Shown in pieces: positions 36,356 through 49,026 of a stretch of 64,000 nt of DNA. A program made the position numbers and the translations under genes. The notes under the pieces are model-generated. The model had not been told where the DNA came from. It saw only the letters and a list, made by a program, of their open reading frames with translations, and did no database searches. This DNA is from Mobula hypostoma (Eukaryota): NCBI RefSeq assembly GCF_963921235.1, contig NC_086108.1, forward strand, positions 114,454,001-114,518,000, given 5' to 3'. Every line of letters starts with the position of its first letter. Position 1 is the first letter of the stretch.

Positions 36356-38400
36356 CATGGTTTACCTTCATATTTCATCTTTTCCCTCCTTATGGTTCTC
36401 CTTACAGTTGCTTTTTGTTTTTTTTTAAAGCTTCCCAATCCTCTAACTTCCCACTAATTTTTGCTTGATTATATATCCTCTTCTGCTTTTATGTTGGCTT
36501 TGACTTCCCTTGTTAGCTATGGTTGCATCATCCTGCCATTAGAATACTTCTCCTTCTTTGGGATGTATCTATTCAGCACCTTCTGAATTGCTCCCCAGAA
36601 CTCCAGCCATTGCTCCTCTGCCATCATCCCTGCTGGTGTTCCCTTCCAATCAATTTTGGACAGCTCCTCTCTCATGCCTCTGTTGTTCCCTTTATTACAC
36701 TGCAATACTGATACATCTAATCTTAGCTTCTCCTTCTCAGATTGTATCATATTATGATCACTGCCTCCTCAGGATCACTTTACCTAAAGCTCCCTGATGA
36801 AATCTGGTTCATTACACAACACCTATTCCAGAATAGGCATTCCTCTAGTGGGCTCAACCATAAGCTGCTCTTAAAAGCCATTCTACAAATTCTCTCTCTT
36901 GGGATCCAGTACCAACCTGATTTTTCCAATGTACCTGCATATTGAAATAATCATGATTCTTGCAACACTTCCCTTTTTACATGTGTTTTCTATCTCCCAT
37001 TGTAATTCATATCCCACATCCTGGTTACCGTTCAGAGGCCTTATGTGTAACTCTCATCAGAGTCTCTTTACTTTTGCAATTCCTTAACTCTACCCACAAG
37101 GATTCTACATTCACTGCTCCCATGTTACCTCTTTCTAAGGATTTGATTTCATTTTCTACCATCAAAGCCACATCATCCCCTCTGTCAGTCCTTTTGATAC
37201 AATGTGTACCTTTGGATGTTAAGCTCTCAACTATGATCGTCTTTCAGTCACAACTCAATAATGCCCACAACTGTGCTACAAGGTAATTTGTTTTATTCTG
37301 AATACTCCATACATTCAAATATAACACCTTCATTCCTGTATTCATCTCTTCAATTTTACCCCCATGTTACATTGCAACTCATCTCACTAGCTGCAATTTT
37401 GCCTTATCATCTGCTTGTCCTTCCTCACAGTCTCACTACACACTGTGTCTATCTTCAGCCCTATCACTCTGGCTCCCATCCCCCTGCCAAATTAGTTTAA
37501 ATTCTCCCCAGCAAGCTCTAGCAAACTGGCTGCATGAATATCAGTTCCCCTTGCGTTCTGTAATTCATCTCTTTCGAACCAGTCATACATTCCTCAAAAA
37601 AGATCCCAATGATCCATAGATCGGAACCCCTGACCCTTGCACCAGTTCCTCAGCAATGCATTCATCTGCCGGATCACCTTCTTAATATACTCACTGGTGC
37701 ATGGCACAGGCAGCAATCCAAAGGTTGCTACCCTGGAGGTCCTGCTTTTCAACTTCCTCTCTTCCCTTTTCCTACCAATGTCATCGGTGCTAATACGCAC
37801 CAAGGCTTCTGGCTGCTCCTCCTCTCCCTTTGGAATGCTGCAGATCCGAGCCGAGATGTCCCTGACACCTGGCACTTGGGAGGCAACACATATCTGGGTG
37901 TCTCTTTTACACCCACAGAATCTCATGCTTACTTCTCTAACTATGGAATCCCTTATCACTACTGCAGTCCTCTTCTCTGCCCTTCCCTTCTGAGCCACAA
38001 CAACAGAGACCCGGTTGCTGCAGCTCCACCAGTCGGTTGTTCCCCCCAAGCAGTATCCAAAGTGGTATATTTATTATTGAGGGGAACGGCCACAGGGATA
38101 CTCTGCACTGGCTACTCATTTTCTTTCCCTCTCCTGACTGTCACCCAGGTACCTGCCTCCTACAACTTCAGGGTGACTCCCTCCCTGTAGCTTCTATCTA
38201 CCATTTCCTCAGTTTTCTATATGAGCCGAAGATCATCCAGCTGCAGTTCCAGTTCCTTAACACAGTCTCTGAGGAGCTGCAGCTTGGTGCAGCTGGTGCA
38301 GATGTGGTTATCCGGGAGGCTGGAGGTCCCAGGGAATTTCAAGTATCACACGATAAACTCAACACAGCCCCTGGATCTATTTTCACTGCTCTAATTATAC
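36356..38400 (-). mobile_element. Degraded CR1 LINE 5' region (ORF1 esterase-like + APE)
   Basis: AVVIRDSIVREVSMRFCG..RTSRVATFGLLPVP..LRNWCKGQGFR. Confidence 0.87.
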
Positions 38401-38542
38401 ATAAATAAGTGAAAAAAATTCCCTCACCTAATCCTGTTCTCACCCAAACCTGATGAGCCAAAGCCTCCCCACTCTAACACTGCTCCGCTCACACAATGGC
38501 CGCTCCACTTGTCCCAACCTTATTTTTACTTGTCCTTGCTAA

Positions 38543-40221
38543 TAGAAACATAGAAACATAGAAAATAGGTGCAGGAGTAGGCCATTCGGCCCTTCGAGCC
38601 TGCACCGCCATTTATTATGATCATGGCTGATCATCCAACTCAGAACCCAGCCTTCCCTCCATACCCCCTGACCCCTGTAGCCACAAGGGCCATATCTAAC
38701 TTCCTTTTAAACATAGCTAATGAACTGGCCTCAACAGTTTGCTGTGGCAGAGAATTCCACAGATTCACCACTCTCTGTGTGAAGAAGTTTTTCCTAACCT
38801 CGGTCCTAAAAGGCTTCCCCTCTATCCTCAAACTGTGACCCCTCGTTCTAGACCTCCCCAACATCGGGAACAATCTTCCCGCATCTAGCCTGTCCAATCC
38901 CTTTAGGATCTTATACGTTTCAATCAGATCCCCCCTCAATCTTCTAAATTCCAATGAGTACAAGTCCAGTTCATCCAGTCTTTCTTCATATGAAAGACCT
39001 GCCATCCCAGGAATCAATCTGGTGAACCTTCTTTGTACTCCCTCTATGGCAAAGATGTATTTCCTCAGATTAGGGGACCAAAACTGCACACAATACTCCA
39101 GGTGTGGTCTCACCAAGGCCTTGTACAACTGCAGTAGTACCTCCCTGCTCCTGTACTCGAATCCTCTCGCTATAAATGCCAGCATACCGTTCGCCTTTTT
39201 CACCGCCTGCTGTACCTGCATGCCCACTTTCAATGACTGGTGTATAATGACACCCAGGTCTCGTTGCACCTCCCCTTTTCCTAATCGGCCACCATTCAGA
39301 TAATAATCTGTTTTCCTATTTTTGCCACCAAAGTGGATAACTTCACATTTATCCACATTAAATTGCATCTGCCATGAGTTTGCCCACTCACCCAACCTAT
39401 CCAAGTCACCCTGCATCCTCTTAGCATCCTCCTCACTGCTAACACTGCCACCCAGCTTCGTGTCATCCGCAAACTTGGAGATGCTGCATTTAATTCCCTC
39501 ATCCAAGTCATTAATATATATTGTAAACAACTGGGGTCCCAGCACTGAGCCTTGCGGTACCCCACTAGTCACCGCCTGCCATTCTGAAAAGGTCCCGTTT
39601 ATTCCCACTCTTTGCTTCCTGTCTGCTAACCAATTCTCCACCCACACCAATACCTTACCCCCAATACCGTGTGCTTTAAGTTTGCACACTAATCTCCTGT
39701 GTGGGACCTTGTCAAAAGCCTTTTGAAAATCCAAATATACCACATCCACTGGTTCTCCCCTATCCACTCTACTAGTTACATCCTCAAAAAATTCTATGAG
39801 ATTCGTCAGACATGATTTTCCTTTCACAAATCCATGCTGACTTTGTCCGATCATTTCACCGCTTTCCAAATGTGCTGTTATCACATCCTTGATAACTGAC
39901 TCCAGCAGTTTCCCCACCACCGACGTTAGGCTAACTGGCCTATAATTCCCCGGTTTCTCTCTCCCTCCTTTTTTAAAAAGTGGGGTTACATTAGCCACCC
40001 TCCAATCCTCAGGAACTAGTCCAGAATCTAACGAGTTTTGAAAAATTATCACTAATGCATCCACTATTTCTTGGGCCACTTCCTTAAGCACTCTGGGATG
40101 CAGACCATCTGGCCCTGGGGATTTATCTGCCTTCAATCCCTTCAATTTACCTAACACCACTTCCCTACTAACATGTATTTCGCTCAGTTCCTCCATCTCA
40201 CTGGACCCTCTGTCCCTTACT
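38543..40221 (-). mobile_element. Young 5'-truncated CR1 LINE with uninterrupted RT frame
   Basis: ORF 38640-40256 is nearly identical to the copies at 31661-34073 and 61225-63210; same tail. Confidence 0.97.
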
Positions 40222-40606
40222 CTGTCCCTTAATGAATCGTGATTTGATTGGGCCATTGAAAAAAGCTGAAAGCCTGCAAATGTTCCTTTTAAAATCTCTC
40301 ACCCTGACCTGCGTGCAGCCTCCTCTCTCAATCCAATTGGACAGCTGGGATAAATGTTGTACGGGTGCACTGTGGTGCAGAGCAACACTGCTTTTGTTTG
40401 GCTGTATATATCTACGGTCAGATGACAATAATCTTGAATTTGAACTTGAACTTGAGAAAGGCAGTAGATCTAACACCGGCCCCTAGGGAAGTCCAGCCAA
40501 CAATTCACTCTAATCCAACATAATTCAAAGTTCAAAGTAAATTTATTCTCAGCATACATATATATTACCATATACATTCCTGAGATTGATTTTCTTGCAG
40601 GCATTC

Positions 40607-42025
40607 TGTCATGGTCTGGTCCATGAAGTCTGCATTCCGGTTCACGGTCTGGTCCGTGGACTCAGGACTCTAGGTCTTCCAGCTGTCCCTTGTTTGGTTG
40701 AGTTAATCATAGGCACCTGATTCCCATCTTGGGGCTTGGAATATAAGCGGCCTTGGGGTTGAGTGTGAGCTGCTGGTTTGTCTTGTCAAGATTCCCTGGG
40801 AGAAACCTGCCGGTGGAAGGCTAGAGCGGCCACTTGTCATCTTTGGGCTGCGTCGGAGGATCATCGCTTCATGGAGCCTTGCTGTCGGTAGTTGGAGCCA
40901 TTGTTGCGGTATGGATTTGGCTGTTTCCCGGGCCAGCTGAGTGGCTGCCAGCCACTCCAAGCTAGGTAGGGATCCAGCTGTTTCCGTAGCCAGCTGAGGT
41001 TGCTGGCCATAACTGCAACTCGGAGCAACCGCTATGCAGAGATGGAACTGTTTGTCGTTCTTTGGTGTTTGTCTCTTCTTGTCCACGCCTCTGTGGGGTA
41101 AGTCAGGCCATTCTGCCGTTGCCCTGCGGGAGGATCTGTCTTGTCCTGTCCTTGCCTCCGTGGGGTAAGTCAGGCCATTCTGCCGTTGCCCTGCAGGGGG
41201 TCCTGTCTTGTCTTGTCTTGTCTCTGCCTCTGTTGGGTAAGTCCGGCCGTTCTGCTATTACCCGATGGATGGACCTCTCCCACCTTGATGTGGAGATGAA
41301 GTTGAGTCCCGACTTGTCTAAGGATAAGTCCCGGCTCTATGTCTATGTACTGTCCAGTCTCCTGTTAGTGTTGTGTTAAAGATGAGACCCGGCTTTTCAA
41401 AGGATAAGTCCCGGCTCTATGTTGATGTACAGTTCCCAGTCTGTCTCCAAGCTCCAGCCTCCAAGTTATCAGCCTCCGCATTCCAAGACCCAAGACCCCA
41501 AGCCTCAAGCCTCAAAACCAAGACCCCAGCCTCAAGCCTCAAGACCAAGACCTCAGCCTCAAGACCAAGACCCCAGCCTCAAGCCTCAAGACCAAGACCC
41601 CAGCCTCAAGCCTCAAGACCAAGACCTCAGCCTCAAGACCAAGACCCCAGCCTCAAGCCTCAAGACCAAGACCCCAGCCTCAAGCCTCAAGACCACAGCC
41701 TGCAGCCCCAAGCCTCTAGACCTCAGCCACATCCTGTCCTGTAGTCATGTCATGTCCTTGCCTGGTTCTGGGGCCTGAGCCCGAGGCAAGACCCAGGTTC
41801 TGGGTCCTTGTCCAGTCTCTGGCTTGGAGCCCAAGCCCAGGCTCCTATTGCATAGTTCCTTGTCCGGGTTCCCTGTCTTGTCCATGTCCTAGCCCAGGTC
41901 TGCATTCTTGTCCCTGCTCCTTGTCTGTATTCTGTCACTTACATACTGTAGTCAAGTACTGTTCCTAGTACTTCAGTGTCTGTGTCTTGCATTTGGATCT
42001 GCCTTCAATGCCTCCCATTGTGACA
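40607..42025 (+). mobile_element. Gypsy-like solo LTR with 5-bp TSD CATTC
   Basis: TGTCATGG...TGTGACA termini; CATTC at 40602-40606 and 42026-42030; TATA-like atataag at about 40741; inserted into a Rex1-like 3' UTR. Confidence 0.85.
41480..41727 (+). repeat. Tandem array (CCTCAAGACCAAGACCCCAGCCTCAAG-type units) inside the LTR
   Basis: Direct reading; reduced to about one unit in the sister LTR. Confidence 0.9.
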
Positions 42026-43104
42026 CATTCACAGTAAATCCAAGAAACAATGAAAGACCCAACAGGGTGGACAACAAAAAAAAACAACGAAGTGTGCAAA
42101 TACAGAAAGAAAGAGAAAAAAACAAAATAACAATGATAATAAATAACAAATATTGAATATATGATATGAGTCTTTGAAAGTAAGTTCAGTGGGAACAGTC
42201 TAATGATAGGGTGAATGAAGTTGAGTTAATTTCTCCCCATTAGTTCAAAAGCGTGATGGTTGAGGGCAAAATTCCCTCTAAGGTGTGTGCGTGTTTGCGC
42301 GCACGAATCTTTTGCTATTAGTACACAAAATAATTAAAACTGCACACAAAAGATTGTCACCCTCTACCTCATTGGCATCATATACAATGACATTTCCTTT
42401 TCTGGCTTCTGATTTGGACAGTGTTGACAAAGTGGAGTTTGCGATGATTTGTCTGCAGCGTTTAGAATTGGCTTATTTATACTGTTTTTATTGAAGAAAT
42501 TATTCAGTGTTGTTGTCACTGGGCAATAAAATTGCACAGCACAAGATTTTTGTGAACACTGGTCATTACAAGTGAGAAGGAACATTGGTTGAAGGGAAGT
42601 AACTGTTTCTGAACATGGTGGAGGTGAGTCCTGAGGTTCTTGTATCTCTGTCCTGATGGTAGCAGCAAGAGAGCATGACCTGGATGGAAGGGTCCCTGCT
42701 TTCCAACGACAGCGCTCCATATAGATGTGCTCAAAGTAGAGGAAGACTTTACCCATGATGGACTGGACCATATCCTCTACTTCTATCATTACTACTTTCC
42801 ACCTTTCCCCCTGCAATGCACCAGTACATCTGATTCCAAACCCTTCAGTCGGTGAGAACCTCATCAATTGAACAACCGCCCAGGGAATTCACAAACCCCT
42901 CATTAACAGAACTTCATCCAAACACATTCCTCAGCTGGTCTAACACAAATCCATGATAGTTCTCCAATCAGTTCCTACTTGTCCAGGTGACCACTAATTC
43001 TCCCTCTGTTATTCTTTCTAGAACATTCCCCACCACTAACTAGTCTGTGCTTATGGATATTGTACCTGCACTAGGGTATGAGCTATAGGCTAGCATTTGT
43101 AATT

Positions 43105-43580
43105 CTCCCCCACTCCCTCCTCACCCCTCAATCTCCCCTCACTCCCTCCTCAGCCCTCATTCTCCCTTCAGTCCCTCTTCACCAGTCATTCTCCCCTCAC
43201 TCCTTCCTCGCTTTTCATTCCCCCTCCCTTCTCCCTTCTCAATAATCCCTCACTCTCCTCTCGCCTTTCATTCTCTCCTTACTCCCCCTTATCCCTCATT
43301 TCTCCTCACTCCCCCTCACTCCTCCTCACCCATTTCCTCTGCAGCCTCTTTCTCTACCCCTACACCCCGCGCTCCCCCAACCCGCAACAGCCCTTCTCAC
43401 TACCGAACTCTCTCACGCTCCTCTCTTCCTCCCTCTCCCTTCCCCTCATTCCACACTCCACCCTTTCCCCCACGCCGCTCACCCCCTATTCCTCATTCCT
43501 TACCCAAGCACTTCCCCCAGCCCTCTCATCCTGCCCCACCCTACGCATTCCTACCTCAGCCCTCGCACCTCCTCTCTCCT
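43105..43580 (+). repeat. C/T-rich low-complexity tract
   Basis: Loose ctcccctcact-type repeats. Confidence 0.85.
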
Positions 43581-43930
43581 CCGCGCCGCTTCTGAGCTCG
43601 GCACCCCGCGCGCGCGCGGCTCCATCAGCGCGCGAGGCCGCGCGTGTCCCCGACCCCCGGAGCTTTGGCCCGGTCCGTGCCTGGGACCGGGGGGGGGCAT
43701 TCCCGAATCCCGCGACACTCCCGGACCCCGGGCCATTCCCGAAACCGGGTCTTTCCCGAATCCCGCGACACTCCCGGACCCCGGGCCATTCCCGAAACCG
43801 GGTCTTTCCCGAATCCCGCGACACTCCCGAACCCCAGAACATTCCTCTATCCCGGAATCTTTCCAAACCCCGTGGCATTCCTGAACCCCATGAAACCCCC
43901 GAATCCCGGGACTTTCCTGAACCCTGGGAC
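43560..43930. promoter_or_regulatory. Orphan CpG island with a 53-bp (3 x about 18 bp) CpG-rich tandem repeat
   Basis: cgcgcgcgcg run and dense CpG; ttcccgaatcccgcgacactcccggaccccgggccattcccgaaaccgggtct repeated about 2.5 times, then degenerate. Confidence 0.55.
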
Positions 43931-45354
43931 GTTCAGTAGTATCATGGATTATTGGAGTTTAACTGGATATTTTGATCAGCAAGACCCAACAAGGGCCAAT
44001 GCGACCAACAGCTAGGGAACAGGACGCTGGAGGAACTGGGTGCCTCGGCTCAGTGGGTTGCGGCTGCTCCACCCTGTGAGTTCCTCCTGTGTTTTAGGAT
44101 TCAAGATTGTTTAATGTCATTTCCAGTACATAAGTATAAAGAATGAAATAATTGTTATGCTGGATCAGATGCAGCAAAAAAAAGAGTAAGATTAAGAAAA
44201 CACAATAAATGTAACTACATCAGATAGCTTATTTACATAGACTGATTGCATGTCATAAAGTGACACTAAGCACAGGAGTGTCTGTACATAAGGTGACTGA
44301 CTGGAAGTGATAAAGTAGTGGTGGCTGGGGGTGTGGAGGGATGGGTTAGTGGGTAGGGGTGTTGATCGGCCTCACTGCTTGGGGAAGGTAACTGTTTTTG
44401 AGTCTGGTGGTTAAAACACAGTTATAAACAAAACCCATGAGCTCTAGTTGTAGCCTGGCTCAACCTCAGTGGAAAAGGCCGCTTGCATTTTGACACATCA
44501 CTTTGAGTGTCGCTGCAGATTCCAGCGCCTCCAGGTAAATGGTCAAAGCTTCAATGGCTACATTGCTTGTTGCTGGACAGAACCCAGTGCTCATCGACGG
44601 ATCAGCAGTGTTTCCACTGTGAGCAGCTTCAAGTTCCCGGCTGTCGGAATTTCCAGCGATCTATCCTGGGCCCAACGTATCAATGTAGTTACAAAGAAGG
44701 CATGACAGCGGCCATATTTCATTAGGAGTTTGAGGAGATTTGGTATGTCATCGAAGACTATAGCAAGTTTCTACAGCTGTAACTTGGAGAGCATTCTGAC
44801 TGGTTACATCACTGTCTGGTGTGAAGGGGCCACTGCACAGGATTGCAAAAAGCTGCAGAGGGTTGTAAACTCAGCCAGTACTATCATGGGCACCAGCCTC
44901 CCCAGCACCCAGGATATCCTCAAAACACGATTTGAACTCTCAATTCTCTTCAAAACCTGATTTGCATTCTGATTCTCTACATCACATTTCCAACATAGAA
45001 GATAATGATCTTTAAAAATTGACTTTATTGGTTCAGTGTACATTGAAACATACAGTGAAGTGTGTCATTCACGTTAACAGTCCGAGGATGAGCTGGGTGA
45101 AGCCTGCAAGTGTCACCATGCTTCCGATGCCAACACAGCCTGCCCACAACCCACTAACCCTAACCCGTACATCTTTGGAATGTGAGAGGAAATTCGTGGG
45201 CCTGGAGGAAACCCAGATAGGAAGAGACCTTTTGGTCCATACCTTCTCACAAAGCAATCCCATTTCTCCAAGATTTTCTCTGTTCTCATTTCCCCCCACA
45301 ATCACATCAACTTTAAATTCCTGTGTACTCATTTCGGAGGACCTGTTCTGGATA

Positions 45355-47785
45355 TAGCACATTACAAAGAAAGCACAGCAGCACTTCTACTTTCCTAGAA
45401 GTTTGCCAAGATTCAGCATGACATCTGAAACTTTGACAAACTTCTATAGCAATGGAGAGTATATTGACTGGGTTGCATCATGGCCTGGTATGGAAACACC
45501 AGTGTCCTTGATGGAAATGCTTACAAAAAGTATTGGATACAGCCCAGCCCATCACAGGTAAAGCCCTCCCCACCATTGAGCACATCTACAAAGAGCACTA
45601 CACAGAAGAGCAGTATCCATTATCAAAGATCCCCACCATTTAGGGCATGCTCTCTTCTCAATACTGTCATCAGGGAGGAGGCACAGGAGCCTTAAATCCA
45701 CACCACCAGGATTAGGAACAGTTATTACCTCTCAACCATCAACTTCTTGAACTAGAGGGGATAACTTCACTTAATTGCACTCACCCCATCACTGAACTGT
45801 TCTCAAAACCTATGGACTTGCTTTCAAGGACCCTTTCTCTCATGTTCTCGATATTTATTGCTCATGTGGATAGGGTGGTGAAGAAAGCTCTTGGTATGCT
45901 GGCCTTTGTAAATCAGAGCATTGAGTATAGGAGTTGGGATGTAATGTTGAAATTGTACAAGGCATTGGTGAGGCCACATTTGGAGTATTGTGTACAGTTT
46001 TGGTCACCGAATTATAGGAAAGATGTCAACAAAATAGAGAGAGTACAGAGAAGGTTTACTAGAATGTTACCTGGGTTTCATCACCTAAGTTACAGAGAAA
46101 GGTTGAACAAGTTGGGTCTTTATTCTTTGGAATGTAGAAGGTTGAGGGGGGACTTGATAGAGGTATTTAAAATTATGAGGGGGATAGATAGAGTTGACGT
46201 GGATAGGCTTTTTCCACTGTGAGTGGGGGAGATTCAAACAAGAAGACATGAGTTGAGAGTTAAAGGGCAAAAGTTTCGGGGTAACATGAGGGGGAACTTC
46301 TTTACTCAGAGAGTGGTAGCTGTGTGGAACGAGCTTCCAGCAGAAGTGGTTGAGGCAGGTTCGATGTTGTTGTTTAAAGTTAAATTGGACAGCTATATGG
46401 ACAGGAAATGTCACCAAGGGGTGCTGGGAACGGACCTAAATGCAAGACACAGACACTGAAGTACAAGGAACAGGACTTGACTAGAGTAGGGACGTGACAG
46501 GATTTAGACGAGGAGCAGGGTCAAGAACGCAAACTTGGGCTAGGGAAAGCGGGACCAGGACTAGAAACCATGGACTAGGAGACAAGGCTTGGACTCCGAG
46601 CCCGAGACTGGACAAGGACCCAGAACCTGGGTCTTGCCTCAGGCTCGGACCCCACAACCAGGCAAGGACATGACATGGCTTCAGGACAGACGTGGCTGGG
46701 GTCTTGACGCTTGAGCTATGGAGACAGGCTGGGGCCTTGGGGTTTGGAATGCAGAGGCTGGAGCTCAGAGACATACTGGGAACTGTACATCAACAGAGAG
46801 CCAGGACCTATCCTTCGAAAAGCTGGGACTCATTTTTAACGCGACACTAACATGAGACTGGACAGTACATAGACATAGAGCCATTGATAGACAAGCCAGG
46901 ACTCAACTTTATCTCCACACCAAGGTGGGACAGGTCCACCTGTTGGGTAACAGCAGAAGGGCCAGACTTACCCAACAGAGGCGAGGACAAGATAAGACAG
47001 ATCTCCCGCAGGGCAATGACGGAACAACCTGGCTTATCCCATGGAGGCGAGGACAAGAAGAGACAAACACCAAAGAACAACAGACAGTTCCATCTCTGCT
47101 CCGGGGTAGCTCCGAGTCTCAGTTCAGCCAGCAACCTCAGCTGGCTAGGGAAAGAGCCGGATCCCTACCTAGCTCAGAGTGGCTGACAGCCACTCAGCTG
47201 GCCCAGGAAACAGCCGAATCCATACCACAAAGACAGCTCCGACTACCGACAGCAAGGCTCCATGAAGCGATGGTTCTCCAACATAGCCTAAAGATGACAA
47301 GTGGCCACTCTAGCCTTCCACCAGCAGATTGCTCCCAGAGGATCTTGATAAGACAAACCTGCAGCCCACTGTCGTCCCCAAGGCTATTTATCTTCCAAGC
47401 CCCAAGATGGGAATCAGGTGCCTACGATTAACTCAACAAGACAAGGGACAGCTGGAAGACCCAGAGTCCTGTGTCCATGGACCGGACCGTGAACTGGAGT
47501 GCAGAGTTCACGGACCGGACCATGACAGGAAAGGAATGGAGGGTTATGGGCTGAGTGCAGGTCGGTGGGACTAGGTGAGGGTAAGATTTCGGCACGGACT
47601 AGAAGGGCCGAGATGGCCTGTTTCCGTGCTGTAATTGTTATATGGTTAAATGGTTATTTATAATTACTATGTTTTTGTTTCTTTGCATTTAGTGTGAATG
47701 CCCACAAGAAAATGAAACTCATGTATGTATATGGTGGCATATACTGTATGTACTTTGATAATAAATTTACTTTCAACTCTTTGAA
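45355..47785 (+). mobile_element. Three-layer nest: Rex1-like LINE (45355-45862, about 47657-47785) > CR1 3' end (45863-46408, 47528-47656) > solo LTR
   Basis: Each host sequence resumes in register after its insert. Confidence 0.8.
46409..47527 (-). mobile_element. Gypsy-like solo LTR (same family as 40607-42025, inverted) with 5-bp TSD GGAAA
   Basis: TGTCACC...CATGACA termini; GGAAA at 46404-46408 and 47528-47532; reverse-complement similarity along its whole length. Confidence 0.85.
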
Positions 47786-47844
47786 CTCAATGTTCAATTA
47801 ATTGCTTCATGAATGTGCCATCATTCTGAAATTTTGTACAATAA

Positions 47845-48180
47845 TTGTACAGACACAGCTCTGAAACAGACCCTTTGGCCCATCAAATCTGTGCTGACCA
47901 TCAACCACCCATTGACACCAATCCTACACTGATCCCATTTCATTCCCCCCACATTCCATCAACTCGCCCCAGATTCCACCTCTCACCCTCACACTGGGGA
48001 CGATTAGCCCACCGACCTGCACTTCTTTAGGATGTGGGAGGAAACCAGAGCACCCAGGAGAAACCCAAGTGGTCATGGAGAATGTGCAAACTCCACACAG
48101 ACAACGCCAGAGGTTGGGATCAAACCTGGGTCTCTGGAGCTGGAGGAAGTGGCTCTACCCACCATGTCTCAGTGCCATGG
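47845..48180 (-). mobile_element. V-SINE (HE1-like)
   Basis: Reverse complement of the V-domain (tgtgggaggaaaccagagcacccaggagaaaccca..gtgcaaactccacacagac). Confidence 0.8.
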
Positions 48181-48249
48181 GTAAGGCCCACCCCTGTTTG
48201 TTCAAACAACACACTGGCAGGTCCCAAGATTGTGAAATTCACCAGCATT

Positions 48250-49026
48250 TCATTTTGGAAGCTCAGATCTGATGGCAGAATATAACATTAATGGTAAGAC
48301 TCTTGGCAGTGTGGGGGATCAGAGGGATCTTGGGGTCCGAGTCCATAAGACATTCAAAGCTGCTGTGCAGGTTGACTCTGTGGTTAAGAAGGCATACGGT
48401 GCATTGGCCTTCATCAACCGTGGGATTGAGTTTAGGAACTGAGAGGTAATACTAGAGCTATATAGGACCCTGGTCAGGCTCCACTGGGAGTACCGTGCTC
48501 AGTTCTAGTCACCTCACTATAGGAAGGATGTGGAAACTATAGAAATGGTGCAGAGGAAATTTACAAGGATTTTGCCTGGATTGGGGAGCATGCCTTATGA
48601 GAACAGGTTGAGTGAACTCAGCCTTTTCTCCTTGGTGTGACAGAGGATGAGAGGTGACCTGATAGAGGTGATATAAGATGATGAGAGACATTGATCATGT
48701 GGATAGACAGAGGCTCTTTCCCAGGGCTGAAATGGATAATACGAGAGGGCACAGTTTTAAGATTCTTCAAAGTAGATACAGAGGAGATGTCAGGGGTAAG
48801 TTTTTTACGCAGAGAGTGGTGAGTGTGTGGAATGGGCTGCCGGCAATGGTGATGGAGGCAGATACGATAGGGTCTTTTAAGAGACTGCTGGATAGGTACA
48901 TGGAGCTTAGAAAAATAGAGGGCTATGGGTAATCCTAGGTAATTTCTAAAGTAAGTACATGTTCTGCACAGCATTGTGGGCTGAAGGGCCTGTATTGTGC
49001 TGTAGGTTTTCTATGTTTCTATGTTT
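48250..49026 (+). mobile_element. CR1 LINE 3' fragment
   Basis: TRGHSFKI..FFTQRVVSVWNGLP; tttctatg tail. Confidence 0.9.

Noticed and set aside
38640..40256. 538-aa intact RT ORF as a domesticated gene
   Set aside because: It is a 5'-truncated CR1, near-identical to two other copies, with no endonuclease domain; its start codon comes from flanking DNA.
42364..42490. Possible minus-strand exon ending gccaatgag|gtagag
   Set aside because: Poor acceptor and no recognisable protein.
40607..47527. One 6.9-kb composite element with long terminal inverted repeats
   Set aside because: Each LTR has its own TSD and sits in a different host repeat, so these are independent insertions.
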